Under the pieces are notes generated by a model, which saw only the letters and a list, made by a program, of their open reading frames with translations, had not been told where the DNA came from and searched no databases. A stretch of DNA of 64,000 bases from NCBI GenBank assembly GCA_001600815.1, contig BCKZ01000011.1, positions 227,622-291,621 on the forward strand, in the 5' to 3' direction. Source of the stretch: Alloascoidea hylecoeti (Eukaryota). Below, in pieces: positions 11,003 through 23,112 of this stretch; position 1 is the first letter of the stretch, and every line of letters starts with the position of its first letter. The position numbers and the translations under genes were made by a program.

Positions 11003-11652
11003 TAGCTAAGTATAATAAATTTGACTCTATAAGGTTCTTATCAAAATAATAGATTCAAACCATATAATTAAATCTTGCAATTGGATATATATAAAGGTAT
11101 AAACCAAAAGTGAAACATTAGTTCGATTCATTTAATTAAATAGCCATATATTTTACTATTTGGAGGTATTAATATTAGTTTTCTTCGGATTTTGGTAATT
11201 GCATAATCATTAACAATACTTCAGGATTTCTATCAAAATTACATTAATAATATGCCCTAAGATTTTATATAATTAGATTTAACTCAACCGTTAATTAAAT
11301 CGCACTACCCCGTCCTGCCTAATCAATAATATATTATGAATGTTATGATCCAAATAAGTTTAAAGATCTTATATAAAATATTATAATTTAACTTTAAGTA
11401 TTCCCAAAAATATAACCCACCCTTCTTCTCTTAATCTTTGTTATCAACAAAAAATAAAATTAACGGACGACTGACTTTCTGTTTTTTCTTAAAAGAATCA
11501 AATTAACACACATAAATCCAAAGATCATATAAAGAAGCGAAAATCTTTATCAGTTCTTTCAAGATCAATCATTGATATTTTAAATTTTTTATCACAAGCA
11601 CGTGAAGCCGAAACCCATCAATTTTTAATTTTCAATAATATCAATTTTTTTG

Positions 11653-13071
11653 ATGGATTCTTTAAAAAAATTACGAAATTTTGTATGGGGTGAACCACCA
11701 AAAGATCCAAAAGAACGGAAACTTTTATTTAAAATTGATTGTTTTGTTCTATCATTTGTTTGTTTAAATTATTGGATAAATTATGTTGATAGAACAAATC
11801 TTGCAAATGCTTATGTTAGTGGAATGAAAGAAGACCTTAATATGCATGGAAATCAATATAATGTTATAAATACTTGTTTTACCGTTGGTTATATTGTTGG
11901 AATGATTCCAAATAATTTAATATTGTTAAAGGTGAAACCGAGGTATTGGATGGCTTTTACATGTACCGCTTGGGCTTTGTTAACTTTAGGTGTTTATAAA
12001 GTTACCAGTTATAAACAAGTTTGTGTTATTAGATTCTTTCAAGCAATTTTTGAATCCTCGACTTTTGCAGGTACACATTTAATCTTAGGAACTTGGTATA
12101 AAGAAAGTGAACTTACAAAACGATCAGCTGTATTTACTAGTAGTGGATTNATTGGTAGTATATTTTCTTCAGTAATGCAGGCAAAAATTCATACAAGTTT
12201 AAATGGGGTTAATGGTCTTGCTGGTTGGAGATGGTTATTTATAATTGATTTTGTTATAACTATACCTATAGCAATTTATGGATTTATATGTTTTCCGGGT
12301 TTAGGGAATGATTGCAGTTCATTGTTTTTTAATGAGGAAGATAAGGAATTAGCAAAGAATCGATTACCAACTCCTACAACAACATCAACTGACAAATTAA
12401 CATTTGCAGTTTTTACAAAAGTTCTTTCGAAATGGAGATGGTGGTGGTTTACCTTACTATGGGCAATTGGTGGAGAGAATGAATCATTTTCGACCAATTC
12501 GTTATTTGCATTATGGTTGAAATTTTACGGTTATACAATTGATCAAAGGAACTACTATCCAATGGGGATGTATGCAATGGGTGTGTTAGGAACATTTGGT
12601 AGTGCACTTTATTCAGATCATACTGGCAAACATTGGCATATAGGTATATTCGTTTCAGTATCGTTATTAATATCAACAATTTTATTATTGTCTAAACCTC
12701 ATAGTAAAAGTGTTGTATTTGCAGCACATTATATTTCAGGATTTTCATATTCTGGTCAGGCTACATTTTTTGCCTGGGCTAATATTGTTTGTTTTGAAGA
12801 TTTACAAGAGAGAGCAGTTGTTTTAGCATCAATGAATATGTTTTCAAGTGTTGTTAATGCATGGTGGTCGCTCTTATTTTATGGAGCAAATACAGCACCA
12901 GAATTTAGAAAAGGGTGTTGGGCAATGTTGGCGACTACAATAACTGCCGCTTTAATATCATGTGTTATTAGATATTTACAATTAAAGGACGTTAAAAAGA
13001 GAATTGAAAATAACGATGTCGAGAATGTAATTTATAAACATGATGATTCGACGAGCATGAAAAGTTCATAA
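11653..13071 (+). CDS. MFS transporter of the allantoate/anion:cation symporter family, pantothenate transporter FEN2/Liz1-like
   Basis: ERKLLFKIDCFVLSFVCLNYWINYVDRTNLANAYVSGMKEDL, LGTWYKESELTKRSAVF, GLAGWRWLFIID, EDLQERAVVLASMNMFS. One ambiguous base at 12150. Confidence 0.88.
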   Translation: MDSLKKLRNFVWGEPPKDPKERKLLFKIDCFVLSFVCLNYWINYVDRTNLANAYVSGMKEDLNMHGNQYNVINTCFTVGYIVGMIPNNLILLKVKPRYWMAFTCTAWALLTLGVYKVTSYKQVCVIRFFQAIFESSTFAGTHLILGTWYKESELTKRSAVFTSSGXIGSIFSSVMQAKIHTSLNGVNGLAGWRWLFIIDFVITIPIAIYGFICFPGLGNDCSSLFFNEEDKELAKNRLPTPTTTSTDKLTFAVFTKVLSKWRWWWFTLLWAIGGENESFSTNSLFALWLKFYGYTIDQRNYYPMGMYAMGVLGTFGSALYSDHTGKHWHIGIFVSVSLLISTILLLSKPHSKSVVFAAHYISGFSYSGQATFFAWANIVCFEDLQERAVVLASMNMFSSVVNAWWSLLFYGANTAPEFRKGCWAMLATTITAALISCVIRYLQLKDVKKRIENNDVENVIYKHDDSTSMKSS

Positions 13072-13771
13072 CCCGCTATATAGATGTATGTGTTTTGGGT
13101 GAAATCCATTTGTTGGAAGATAAATAGCAAGATACATCATAAAATAAATCCCTTTTGAAACACAGAAAGCAGATAGATAACAGGTGAAGTTGATTTAACA
13201 ACAGCTTTAACAGGTGTGTTATTTTGCTCAACCATAGTAATTGTGCAAAATCATAAAGACGGGGAGGATTAGATGAATATTACATGTTGCATATGAGGAT
13301 CAGCCGAAGTTTGTGATTGCTAAGGAATGTGGTTGAGATTCAATTTGAGAATGAGCTTGTTATAATCAATAACAACTGATATTCATATGTATCCCTAATA
13401 TCAAAAAATGTTCCAATACTCTTAATAACCCACTTGAATCCGGACTTCTATTAGGTTCAGGATCAAGTATTTCTCTAATAATTTGAATCGTATATCATTT
13501 CTTTTAATAGTTGTTGAATAGAGTTATTTGAGCAAATATTCGCCCATATTTTAAGTAACAATTCGGCCACATGATGGAATAATATTCGACTACCGACCAC
13601 ATTATGTAATCAATATTAATATTAGACCACATGATATTCAGTCACATAAAACCCATCATCATAGAAAATCTAAATTGACTTTTTAATTTCTTTTTCTTCT
13701 TCAACAAAGGAAATTTTCTGCAACTTTGAATATTTTATGAATAATATCATATATAATAGTATCTAATTATA

Positions 13772-14890
13772 ATGACAGAATCTAAAAGGTCAAAAGTTGC
13801 CTTTTTGGGCCCATTGGGGACATATTCTCATCAGGTAATTTCATCAAATTTTTAAATTTGTTTGCTACAATACTAATTATAAACTTTAAAGGCTGTTATT
13901 CAACAATTTGGTCAAGATATTGATTTACTTCCTCAAATAACAATAGCCGGTAAGTAGTATATTAATATATATTATAAAAAGCATCAAAATAATTAACAAT
14001 TAATAGATTGTTTTAATGAAATTCAAAACAATAATGATGTTGATTATGCAGTTGTTCCATTTGAAAATTCATCAAATGGAAGTGTTATTTTCACATATGA
14101 TTTATTAAGAGATTGGTTTCATCTTCAAAAATATAAAATTATATCAAATAAAGAAGAATCATTTCAATCATCATCATCAATTAGTTTACATGATCAATTA
14201 TATCCAAATATAATTATAATTGCAGAAGAATTTGTATCAGTTCATCATTGTTTTATAACGAATTCAAAATCATTTTCAAATATTAAAAAAATTTATTCAC
14301 ATCCTCAAGCATGGGGACAAGTTTTAAATTTTTTAGAAAATAATCCAATTTTAAAAAAATCAGAAAAAATTGATATTACTTCAACATCAAAAGGAGCAGA
14401 ATTAATTAAAAAATATAATAATGATGAAACAATTGCTGCAATTGGTAGTAAAATGGCAGCTGAAGTCTTTAATGTACCAATTTTAAAAGAAAATATTGAA
14501 GATTATTCAAATAATACAACTCGTTTTTTAGTTTTTGCAAAAAAATCAAGAAATAATCATATTAAACATGTTAATGATCAACAGAATTTAAAAACAAATC
14601 CCTTAGTTACAATGATGTCTTTTACAATTGAAAATGATAACCCTGGTTCATTATGTGATGCATTAAAAGTATTTAAAGATAATAATGTTAATTTAACTTC
14701 AATAACTTCAAGACCTTCTAAAACAGAAGCATGGAGATATGTTTTTTTCGTTGAATTTGTACATGAAGATTCAATTCAATTAGTTTCTACAAATGGTTGT
14801 ATAACTAAAGAATTGAAACCTTTTTGTAAAGAAATTTTTGTATATGGGAATTTTAAAAGAGGTAATGGATATTGGAAAGCTAATACATAA
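13772..14890 (+). CDS. PHA2: Prephenate dehydratase (exons 13772-13834, 13892-13949, 14007-14890)
   Basis: KVAFLGPLGTYSHQA, AVVPFENSSNGSV, IYSHPQAWGQ, NTTRFLV and an ACT domain (PGSLCDALKVF...ITSRP). Two GT-AG introns give 1005 nt in frame. Confidence 0.93.
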
Positions 14891-14978
14891 CTACAATTTA
14901 TAATTAAATAGCATTCTTCATGATGATCATATGTTCTTTGTGAACTATCTAGTTATAATTGTAAATAAAGGGATTTGA

Positions 14979-15568
14979 TTATTTGCCGTATTTTAAGTAA
15001 GACCATTCTCTGTTACACAGTGGACAGACTGCTCTTGATTTAATCCACCTTGATATACAATGTAAATGAAAAGCATGCTATAATATTAATTAGTTAGCAA
15101 TTATCATAAACCATAAGTTAAGATGAAAAAGTATCACATACATTACAGGCACCCCAGGCCACAACACATTCACCGGCTGTATCTGTATTCAAATTAGCAC
15201 CCTGGCATTCAATACAATTTTCCATTAAATGATTTCGGCAAATGGCACAAGTATCAACAACGATATCTTTTTGTGTTTGGGTTTTGTTAGTTGCGTATTT
15301 CAAGGGACTAATTGTGATTAAAAAACAAAAAGGAGAAGAAAACTAACCCCATCCCCAAAATGCCACAGCATTCCACTAAATTAAAAGAATTAGAAATGGT
15401 TCAACAATTTTTATAATGTTTTTGAAATTTATTTACCTTTCGAACTTCAAACCGTAGTTTGCCATCTGTCTCTTTTCCAGCGTCTTTGTGAGGAGAATGA
15501 GAATGTCCATGCTCATGTTCATGTTCTGGTGCCACAGGACCATCATCAATATCCATTTTGTCAGCCAT
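14979..15568 (-). CDS. HRT1: RING-box protein Rbx1/Roc1 of cullin-RING ligases (exons 15568-15437, 15375-15348, 15266-15142, 15077-14979)
   Basis: Spliced product [37 protein letters not shown]...[32 protein letters not shown]; 384 nt in frame. Confidence 0.93.
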
Positions 15569-15770
15569 TGTATAGGATTTTGTGAATTTTGATCTGTTTC
15601 TAGAGAGTGATAGAATTATAAATAACCATTTTAGCAATTGATGAAGAAGATGTTTTGACAGATACACCCATACAGCTGTAATAAGTCTCAGGGAAACCTT
15701 CGGGAACCGATGACCATCACTTATCTATTTAACTATTTAACTGGTGTGATATTTTTGGACTAATTGATTA

Positions 15771-16821
15771 ATGGAATTTGATGGTGTTGTGGAGTGCATA
15801 ACCAACAACCTTTGGTATTCTTTAACTTTAGATGGATGTTATCTAAAAGATATTGATAAGACTAAAGCTTCTTGTTTTAAATCTAGTTTGTTTCAACTTT
15901 GGCGTATTACAAAAAATACAAATAACAAGAATAACAGTAACAATAACAAAATAGATAATGAAAATGATACTGAAAAAGATATTGAAAATAAAAAAGAAAT
16001 TTTATCGACAATTATATTATTAAAATCAAAATTAAATGATTTATTTGATGAAATTTATAAAGATTTTTATAAATTTAGATTTGATGAAATATCAATTGAA
16101 AACTTTTATTTTTTTCAAGATACTACTTTATTATTAGGTTCATGTTATTTATTAGAACTTTGTAATGAAATTGAAATTAAAGATGATGATTTTATTGTTG
16201 AAAAAAAATTTATGGATAGATTAAGATATATTATTGGATTAACTGAAGAAACAACACCTCCTGATAAAATCAATGGTATGACAATTGATTCTTTTAAATT
16301 ATTATACCATACTGTTCTTGAATTAATGCATAATACTTCATCAAATACTTATACTTTAACAAATAATGATGGTTTAAAGAAAAAAAAAGTTGAAAAATTA
16401 CCACATTTTACAAATAATTTTACCAAAAAACCAGAAATTATTAATTCTCATCCATTACCATCAGATTATATTATAAATATAACTGATGATGAAATGTTAT
16501 ATTCTTATTATAATAATTTTCAGGATTTAGTTAGTTCAAATTCTTATTCAAGACATCCAATTTTATTTAAAAATTTAATTGATGATTGGCCTGCTTATAA
16601 TTTAAAATTATGGAATGATCCAAATTATTTAGTGTCAAAAATTAAAAAAGAAAAAATGGGAATTGTTCCAATTGAAATTGGTGAAAGTTATCTTAAAGCT
16701 GACTGGACTTCGAAATTTATGACAATTGAAGATTTCTTTTCAAATTATATCTTTAAAACAACAAGGTATATCAATAATCATAGTCATAGTCATTATAATG
16801 ATAATAATAATAATAATAATA

Positions 16822-16852
<31 letters not shown>

Positions 16853-17417
16853 CGACGACGATAATGAAGATAAAGATGTTGGTTATCTTGGATTTTATAA
16901 CTTATTTACAAAAGTCCCTTTACTTAAACATGATATCTTAATCCCAGAATTATGTTATGTTGATACAATTCCTGAACCAAATAAAAAATATACTCCTCCA
17001 TCATTTCCAAAATTAAATGCATGGCTTGGACCAAAAAGAACAATTAGTCCATTACATACCGATAATTTCCATAATGTATTTGCACAAGTTGTTGGATATA
17101 AATATATTCGATTATATCCAAGTTATATTGATGAAAATATGTATCCAGGAGAAAGAGATGGAGTTGATATGTCAAATACAACAATTGTTGAATTAGAAAA
17201 AGGACAACAATTATTTAAATGGTTTGAAAAAGATAAACCAAATAAAGAAGATGAAAAAAATTTTAAAGATTATAAAAAAAAATATAAAGATTTCCCATGG
17301 GATGAAGGATATTTTGATATTATAATGGGTCCTGGTGATGCACTTTATATTCCTTTAGGTTGGTGGCATTATTTACAAAGTACTTCTTCAAGTTTTAGTG
17401 TTAGTATGTGGTTTTGA
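15771..17417 (+). CDS. JmjC/Cupin_8 2-oxoglutarate oxygenase, JMJD5/KDM8-like
   Basis: IDDWPAY..W, VPIEIGESYL..DW, LNAWLGPKRTISPLHTD, VFAQVVGYKYIRLY, PGDALYIPLGWWHYL, SFSVSMWF. The HxD...H iron triad is intact. Confidence 0.88.
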
Positions 17418-17583
17418 TATTATAACATTTGCATTTCAAGTTTTAGTTTTGGTTATGAGATATTTTCTTTTTATATTTTTTATGAGAATTATGATAATGT
17501 TTATTATATAACTTACAGTTACGTTAATCTAATAAAGTTAATAACATATGGTTAAATGATTTATATACAAATAGACAGGACAT

Positions 17584-18315
17584 TTAATCAGACTTTGAAT
17601 GTTTATCATTACCATCGGACTCATTATGTGAATGCGAATGTGTATGGGAATGAGAATGAGAATGGGAATGATTACATGTTTGTCCATTAGCATGAGTATG
17701 AGTATGACCATTACCTACTTTAAATCCACCACCTAAAATCATTTTAAGATTATCAGGTAATTCATCTAATATTAAATCACCAGATTGTTTTTCAATACTT
17801 TCACCTTTTGATTTTAAAATATCTTCAATTGTAATTCTTGAATCTGAAAATATTTTTAAATGATCAGAAATTAAATGACGAACTTTACATCCAGGACATT
17901 GAATTAAAACAGTTCCTGAATGATATGATTGTTTTGATATATAATGTGATGCTCTATTTCCACATTTTTTACAAGTAAATGCAATTAAGTATGATTCATC
18001 ATATTTTTGTTGGTTTTCTGGTTTTGGAATTGATGTTGCTTTTTTATCTTCAGTTGATTTTGATATCTCATCATCACTTTTATCACTAGAATATGGCTGT
18101 CGTTGTTGTAATATAGAAATTGTATTTTTCAATGGTAAGTGTGTTCCTTTAGATGTCGAAATTAATGGCAATATTTGATTACTATGAATCATTGGTCTAT
18201 TTCTAGTTATCAAACTGAAAAGTCTTTCCTGATTGGAAAAGACTCTTATTCCTCCAATAGCATACTGTCTCAATAAACTAGAACTTCGATTCTTAAAATA
18301 TGTTGATAACGCCAT
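17584..18315 (-). CDS. ZIM17: Mitochondrial DNL zinc-finger Hsp70 escort (Zim17/Tim15/Hep1)
   Basis: Presequence-like N-terminus; YLIAFTCKKCGNRASHYISKQSYHSGTVLIQCPGCKVRHLISDHLKIF; His-rich tail. Confidence 0.92.
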   Translation of the reverse strand: MALSTYFKNRSSSLLRQYAIGGIRVFSNQERLFSLITRNRPMIHSNQILPLISTSKGTHLPLKNTISILQQRQPYSSDKSDDEISKSTEDKKATSIPKPENQQKYDESYLIAFTCKKCGNRASHYISKQSYHSGTVLIQCPGCKVRHLISDHLKIFSDSRITIEDILKSKGESIEKQSGDLILDELPDNLKMILGGGFKVGNGHTHTHANGQTCNHSHSHSHSHTHSHSHNESDGNDKHSKSD

Positions 18316-21300
18316 TGTAACTTTTCATAATCTAAGTATCAAATATCTGGAAATTTTTAAATAATTATGTGTATGGGTGTCATCCTTATATAGTAATTTC
18401 ACTTAAGTTAGACCACATGGGGGTTTTATTCGCCTACCAAGAAGCACTTATATCCGACCCTCCTGAGAGAACATTATCAGCTGTATTATCCATTAAGTAG
18501 TCGCCAACTTTTTAATCCAAATAATCAACCACTTGATACACTAATATTCAGCCACCAATATCGATAACTCTTAGATATAGCCATATAAATATTCTATTAA
18601 TTCATACCTCATGATCTTATTCTTTAGTTAGGTAAATAGGTTAAGCTTCCCCTTACACCATCTAAATCTTCATCCTCTTAATTTGTTCTTTATGATCTTT
18701 ACCAGAATTTATACTTTATTACATTATAGAAAGTTAACAGGTTTAAAAGTTACTTCTACTGCTTTGTTAAAGGGACCTGTCTAGTTATTCTAATTCAACT
18801 AATCAAAACATTAAATGAAGTTCCTAATTGCTACAACCTGATATTCTCGAGAAAGAAAAGGGTAGACTAAAATGTGGCGAATATAGATCAACGAATGGTC
18901 GATATTAAAATAAAAAAAATAAAAAGTAAAGTAGACATTTGACAAACACGATTAAAAATAATTTCGAGTTTCCGGTTAATAATAAACACCCCTATCGCGT
19001 ATTCACCGGGTTAAAACGTAAAACTTCCGGTGTGGGTTTGGGGTTATCTCTTATCGCCCTTCCCAAAGTAACGACTGTTTATCCCCTTTTCAACAGAACA
19101 GACATATTGCTTCCCCAATCCAAAGAAAAATAGTACTCACCCCACAAATATGAAGCCCAACAATGAATTCCAAAATAGCAAAACAAAATCACCATGTTAA
19201 ATGTATTGCAGAAGCACTTAGATTATTAAAAGAACATCTTAATTATAAAATATCAGAAGTATCTAATTCTTCAAAAAATCTTAATATTTTACGTTTATAT
19301 ATATAAATAGTTTATCAAAAGAAGAATCAATAATTATTAGAAAATCAAAATCAATAAATGGAATTATTAATTTATTAAATGAAGGATATATATTATTGGA
19401 TATATAGATACATAGTGATATTAAAATTGTTTTGCCTTTCACATTGATATCTGAGTTGATCCAGTTGAGTAATCTGTTTTAAAAGTGATGTTGATATTCT
19501 TATATAATAATTCCAAAGTTGGTAGTAACAATTCTAGTTTATTAGTACCTAATTCAAGTCCAATTAATTCGCTTTCGGTGCTTGATTTTGTTATAATGTG
19601 TTGCCTCTTGGAGTACTAACTTACACAATTGTGATTGAGAAACACCATCGTTCCAGATGCACTTTTCCTGGTTTCAGGACATCCTGCAAAATCTGAATCA
19701 ACATGTATGGTAACTTTTGCAGTTTCATTATCCTTTTCAAATAAATCTTCCTTAATAGTAATTCCAGAATTTTTGGTATTTAACAAATATCTGATTATTC
19801 TTATGTTTATCCTAGTTTCTTTACTTTCATATTTTGGGTCACAATAACGAGAAAAATGGTTGTTCTATAAAAATTACCAGTGTCATAATTTAAAGGAGTT
19901 AATTCATTACTGTTGATATAGTAATTGGAAATGTGAGGAAGTTTTGCATTCTTGATTATACGAACTTCAATATTGTCTGAATTTCTTAATCCAATGATAT
20001 CTTTTAGAGAAAGAATATCTTTTTCTTTTTTAATGTTAATAGAATCCTTGGAGATATCAAGTCCTAATATACTTAATTCATTACAATCAGTTTCATTCCA
20101 TTTAATTTCAAATTTATGAAGTAAGTTTTTCAAATAAGTAAGGTCTGATAAATTCTTATATAAAATCATACCATCGTCTACGTAGAGACCGAGGATGATG
20201 TTAACTTCTTCATTTTGCAATTTGAAAATATTATTGGCTTCTTCAAAATCATTTTGAACAAAGAATGTAGTAATAAATGTTTGCCAAAGACTTGATCCAC
20301 GAGCTAGACCATACAAATTTCTTGTAAGTTTATAAATTGGTCTCTTATCTGAAGAAATGTTTATATTCAATTTCTTGTCCAAATCTTTATGAAATTGAAG
20401 ATCATAGACATATACTAGTGAATCGATTAGAGCATTGATATAAGCCGCGGTAGAGTCCATAGTAGTGGATTTGTAATCATATTGAATTCCATAATTAATT
20501 AATGTAAACAGGCTATCATGTTAGGGTAGATGATTCATAGATTTTGGTTGTGTCCTCTAAATCTCCTCTAACGACACGCCTAGCGACACACCTAGCCTTT
20601 AATTTTTCTTTCCTTTCATTAAGAATCCAATTAGTAGGGAGAATTTTTGTATCAGTTAATGTTTCAGTAATATGTTCAAAGACATTTTTATCTTATCCCT
20701 CATATGTTTCCATTCTTGGAGTATTGCAGTTTCATATTTCTTATAATCATTAACAGTAATATAATTAATATATTTTGTTTGAGATCTTGTTTGTCTTTTA
20801 CTATAAACTGGATAGTCTTCATTCATACTAATCTCCAAATTCTTAATCTTTTTAAATGTCTTCGACTTTTCATCATTTGTTGATAGATCTCTTTCATTTT
20901 CTAATTCTTCAGTATTTGTCAATTTATCGACTCCTTCTAGAGAAACAGTAATATTTTGATTTTTAATATTGTTTTGCATCTTTCTCTGTATTGTCATATT
21001 CCAAATTATCATTATGTTTAAGAACTGTAATGTTTCGTGTGTATAACTCTTCCACCGTTGGTTAATATTAAACCGGTCCAACCATTGTTACCAATGCAGT
21101 AACCTTCATTACCTCTTGGTTCTAATTTACTTTGTGGATAAACTCTGTAAATAACTTTTGAACCAATCTGTGGATATGACTAGTTGAAGTTTCCATATTG
21201 ATAAAATTATAACTACCTTGTATAATATTTTTCGTGTGGTTAAAAACGGAGTGCATAGTCCCATACTTGTTAAAGTTTGTACAATCATCAGTTGAATGTT

Positions 21301-22230
21301 CAGTTGAGCTTTCAAGGACATGAAAATCGTCTCTTTACAACACTACAAGGGATGCCTATATAATAAATCTTGAAAAAGCTTAAACATAAACACAAACACA
21401 AAGTTCACAAACCCAAGTTTTCAAAATATTTAGCGACAAAAATCAGTTCATGAAAATATTAATGTTTGGGTTTGTGATTAAAGTTATTGTGTTTTGGCTT
21501 ATTATACTTGTTCAATGAATTCTCATTCTTTTGTTGTTCATTTTGTTGACCAGTAGGAAGAGAAGGTTTTGATATATAATCAATAGTAATAACTTCCTTT
21601 TGTTTCAAATGTGATTCAATTGCTAACATTTTTCTTTTAATTTCCTTTTCAGTAATATTCTGTCCAATTATTTCAATTGCAACTTTTTCGTATTCTGCTT
21701 CAAGACTGCTTAGCATCATATTTAATTGGGTGGTTACTGGAAAAATAATACCTTTAGATTTCAATTCCCTAAAGTAACTCAAGTATTGACCAATGTATCC
21801 GGTCACAGACATTGTGTTTCCGTCGAATGTTGATTCATCGGTTCATGAAGTAGTTGGCGAGCTGAAATGTCTGGTTTTACACCGCTAATGATGTTGTCAA
21901 ATGATGCTTTTGCACATATATTAAGTCGATAAAGTCATTTTGAATAGTTTTGTCGGTTGTTGTCATGAGTATATTCATAACAGTGTCGTGTTCTCGTAGT
22001 TGAATTTTGTTAAGAACATCTTCAGTTGGAAGATCATTATATATGGTCTCATCTAAAATATATTCGGATAAATTTAATCTCCTTAAGGTTAATTTTATCA
22101 GATACTCCCATGTTTTGAATGAATTTGGTGAACAATCGATTGTTAATTTTGGTAGCATTGATAGTTCTACCGAATCGATTGTCGTCCGTTTATTGACGAC
22201 GACCCTATTACTTGTACTTGCCTCCGGGAT

Positions 22231-22243
22231 AGCGCCGCTACCA
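22231..22243 (-). other. Primer-binding site TGGTAGCGGCGCT directly after the 5' LTR end (...CATAATCCAACA at 22244)
   Basis: It starts with TGG immediately after the LTR terminal CA. It differs by one base from the initiator-tRNA-Met PBS of Ty1 (TGGTAGCGCCGCT). Confidence 0.75.
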
Positions 22244-22917
22244 TGTTGGATTATGGGCTCATCTTTGGCGATGTCCTTGAATTTAGAAATTCAGACAATA
22301 TCGAAGTTCGTAAAATCAAGAATACAAAACTTCCTCAATTACTATATCAACAGTAATGAATTAACTCCTTTAAATTATGACATTGGTAATCTTTATAGAA
22401 TAACCATTGGTAAATTACTCTATATTGCAAATATATATAGAGGAGATATTAGTTATATCACTAATTGTTTATCTCGTTATTGTGACCCAAAATATGAAAG
22501 TAAAGAAACTTGGATAAACATAAGAATAATCAGATATTTGTTAAATACCAAAAATTCTGGGATTATTATTAAGGAAGATTTATTTGAAAAGGATAATGAA
22601 ACTGCAAAAGTTACCATACATGTTGATTCAGATTTTGCAGGATGTCCTGAAACCAGGAAAAGTGCATCTGGAACGATGGTGTTTCTCAATCACAATTGTG
22701 TAAGTTAGTACTCCAAGAGGCAACACATTATAACAAAATCAAGCACCGAAAGCGAATTAATTGGACTTGAATTAGGTACTAATACATCACTTTTAAAACA
22801 GATAACAATCCTTTACTCAACTGGATCAACTCAGATATCAATGTGAAAGGCAAAACAAAGAATATTGATGTCAAAATTAAGTACTTGAAACAAAATCTTT
22901 TAAAAATTGAGAAGGAG

Positions 22918-23112
22918 TATTGGATATATAGATACATAGTGATATTAAAATTATTTTTGTTATTACATAGTTATATATATATATATATGGGGTGATATTT
23001 ATGATAGCCCTAATTTCCCTTATATATTAGCTAGACGTTCTTCTATAAATAAATCTTTACTGTCACAAAATAAATCCAAGGACATCGCTAAAGATGAGCC
23101 CATAATCCAACA
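22918..23112 (+). repeat. 3' LTR (~195 bp), TATTGGAT...ATCCAACA, preceded by polypurine tract GAGAAGGAG
   Basis: Terminal inverted ends with one mismatch. The first 35 bp are repeated at 19394-19428 (+) and the last ~40 bp at 22244-22283 (-). Confidence 0.85.

Larger units (their letters stand above)
19394..23112. mobile_element. Rearranged, degenerate Ty1/Copia LTR retrotransposon (LTR ends on +, internal gag-pol inverted onto -)
   Basis: Minus strand: gag-like (SFKTWEYLIKLTLRRLNL; NMMLSSLEAEYE) and RT (RRVVRGD, AAYINALID, YKLTRNLYGL, LGLYVDDGMI). Plus strand: RT end/RNase H (YRITIGKLLYIANIYRGDI, VDSDFAGCPETRKSASG, KSSTESELI). LTR start at 19394, full LTR at 22918-23112. Confidence 0.9.

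Noticed and set aside
18519..18548. ~20-bp similarity to 1848-1920 (ACCACTTGATAC.ACTAATAT)
   Set aside because: Too short and AT-rich; the flanks do not align convincingly.
22007..22708. 233-aa plus-strand ORF as a real gene
   Set aside because: Chance fusion of antisense gag/PBS/LTR sequence with the duplicated RT-RNase H fragment across the inversion junction.
19429..22858. RIP-like mutation between duplicated arms
   Set aside because: Differences include transitions in both directions, transversions and indels; no clear dinucleotide bias by eye.
19394..22952. 35-bp direct repeat as an unusually long target-site duplication
   Set aside because: It is the first 35 bp of the LTR (follows the PPT in the right copy); the better TSD candidate is GATAT.
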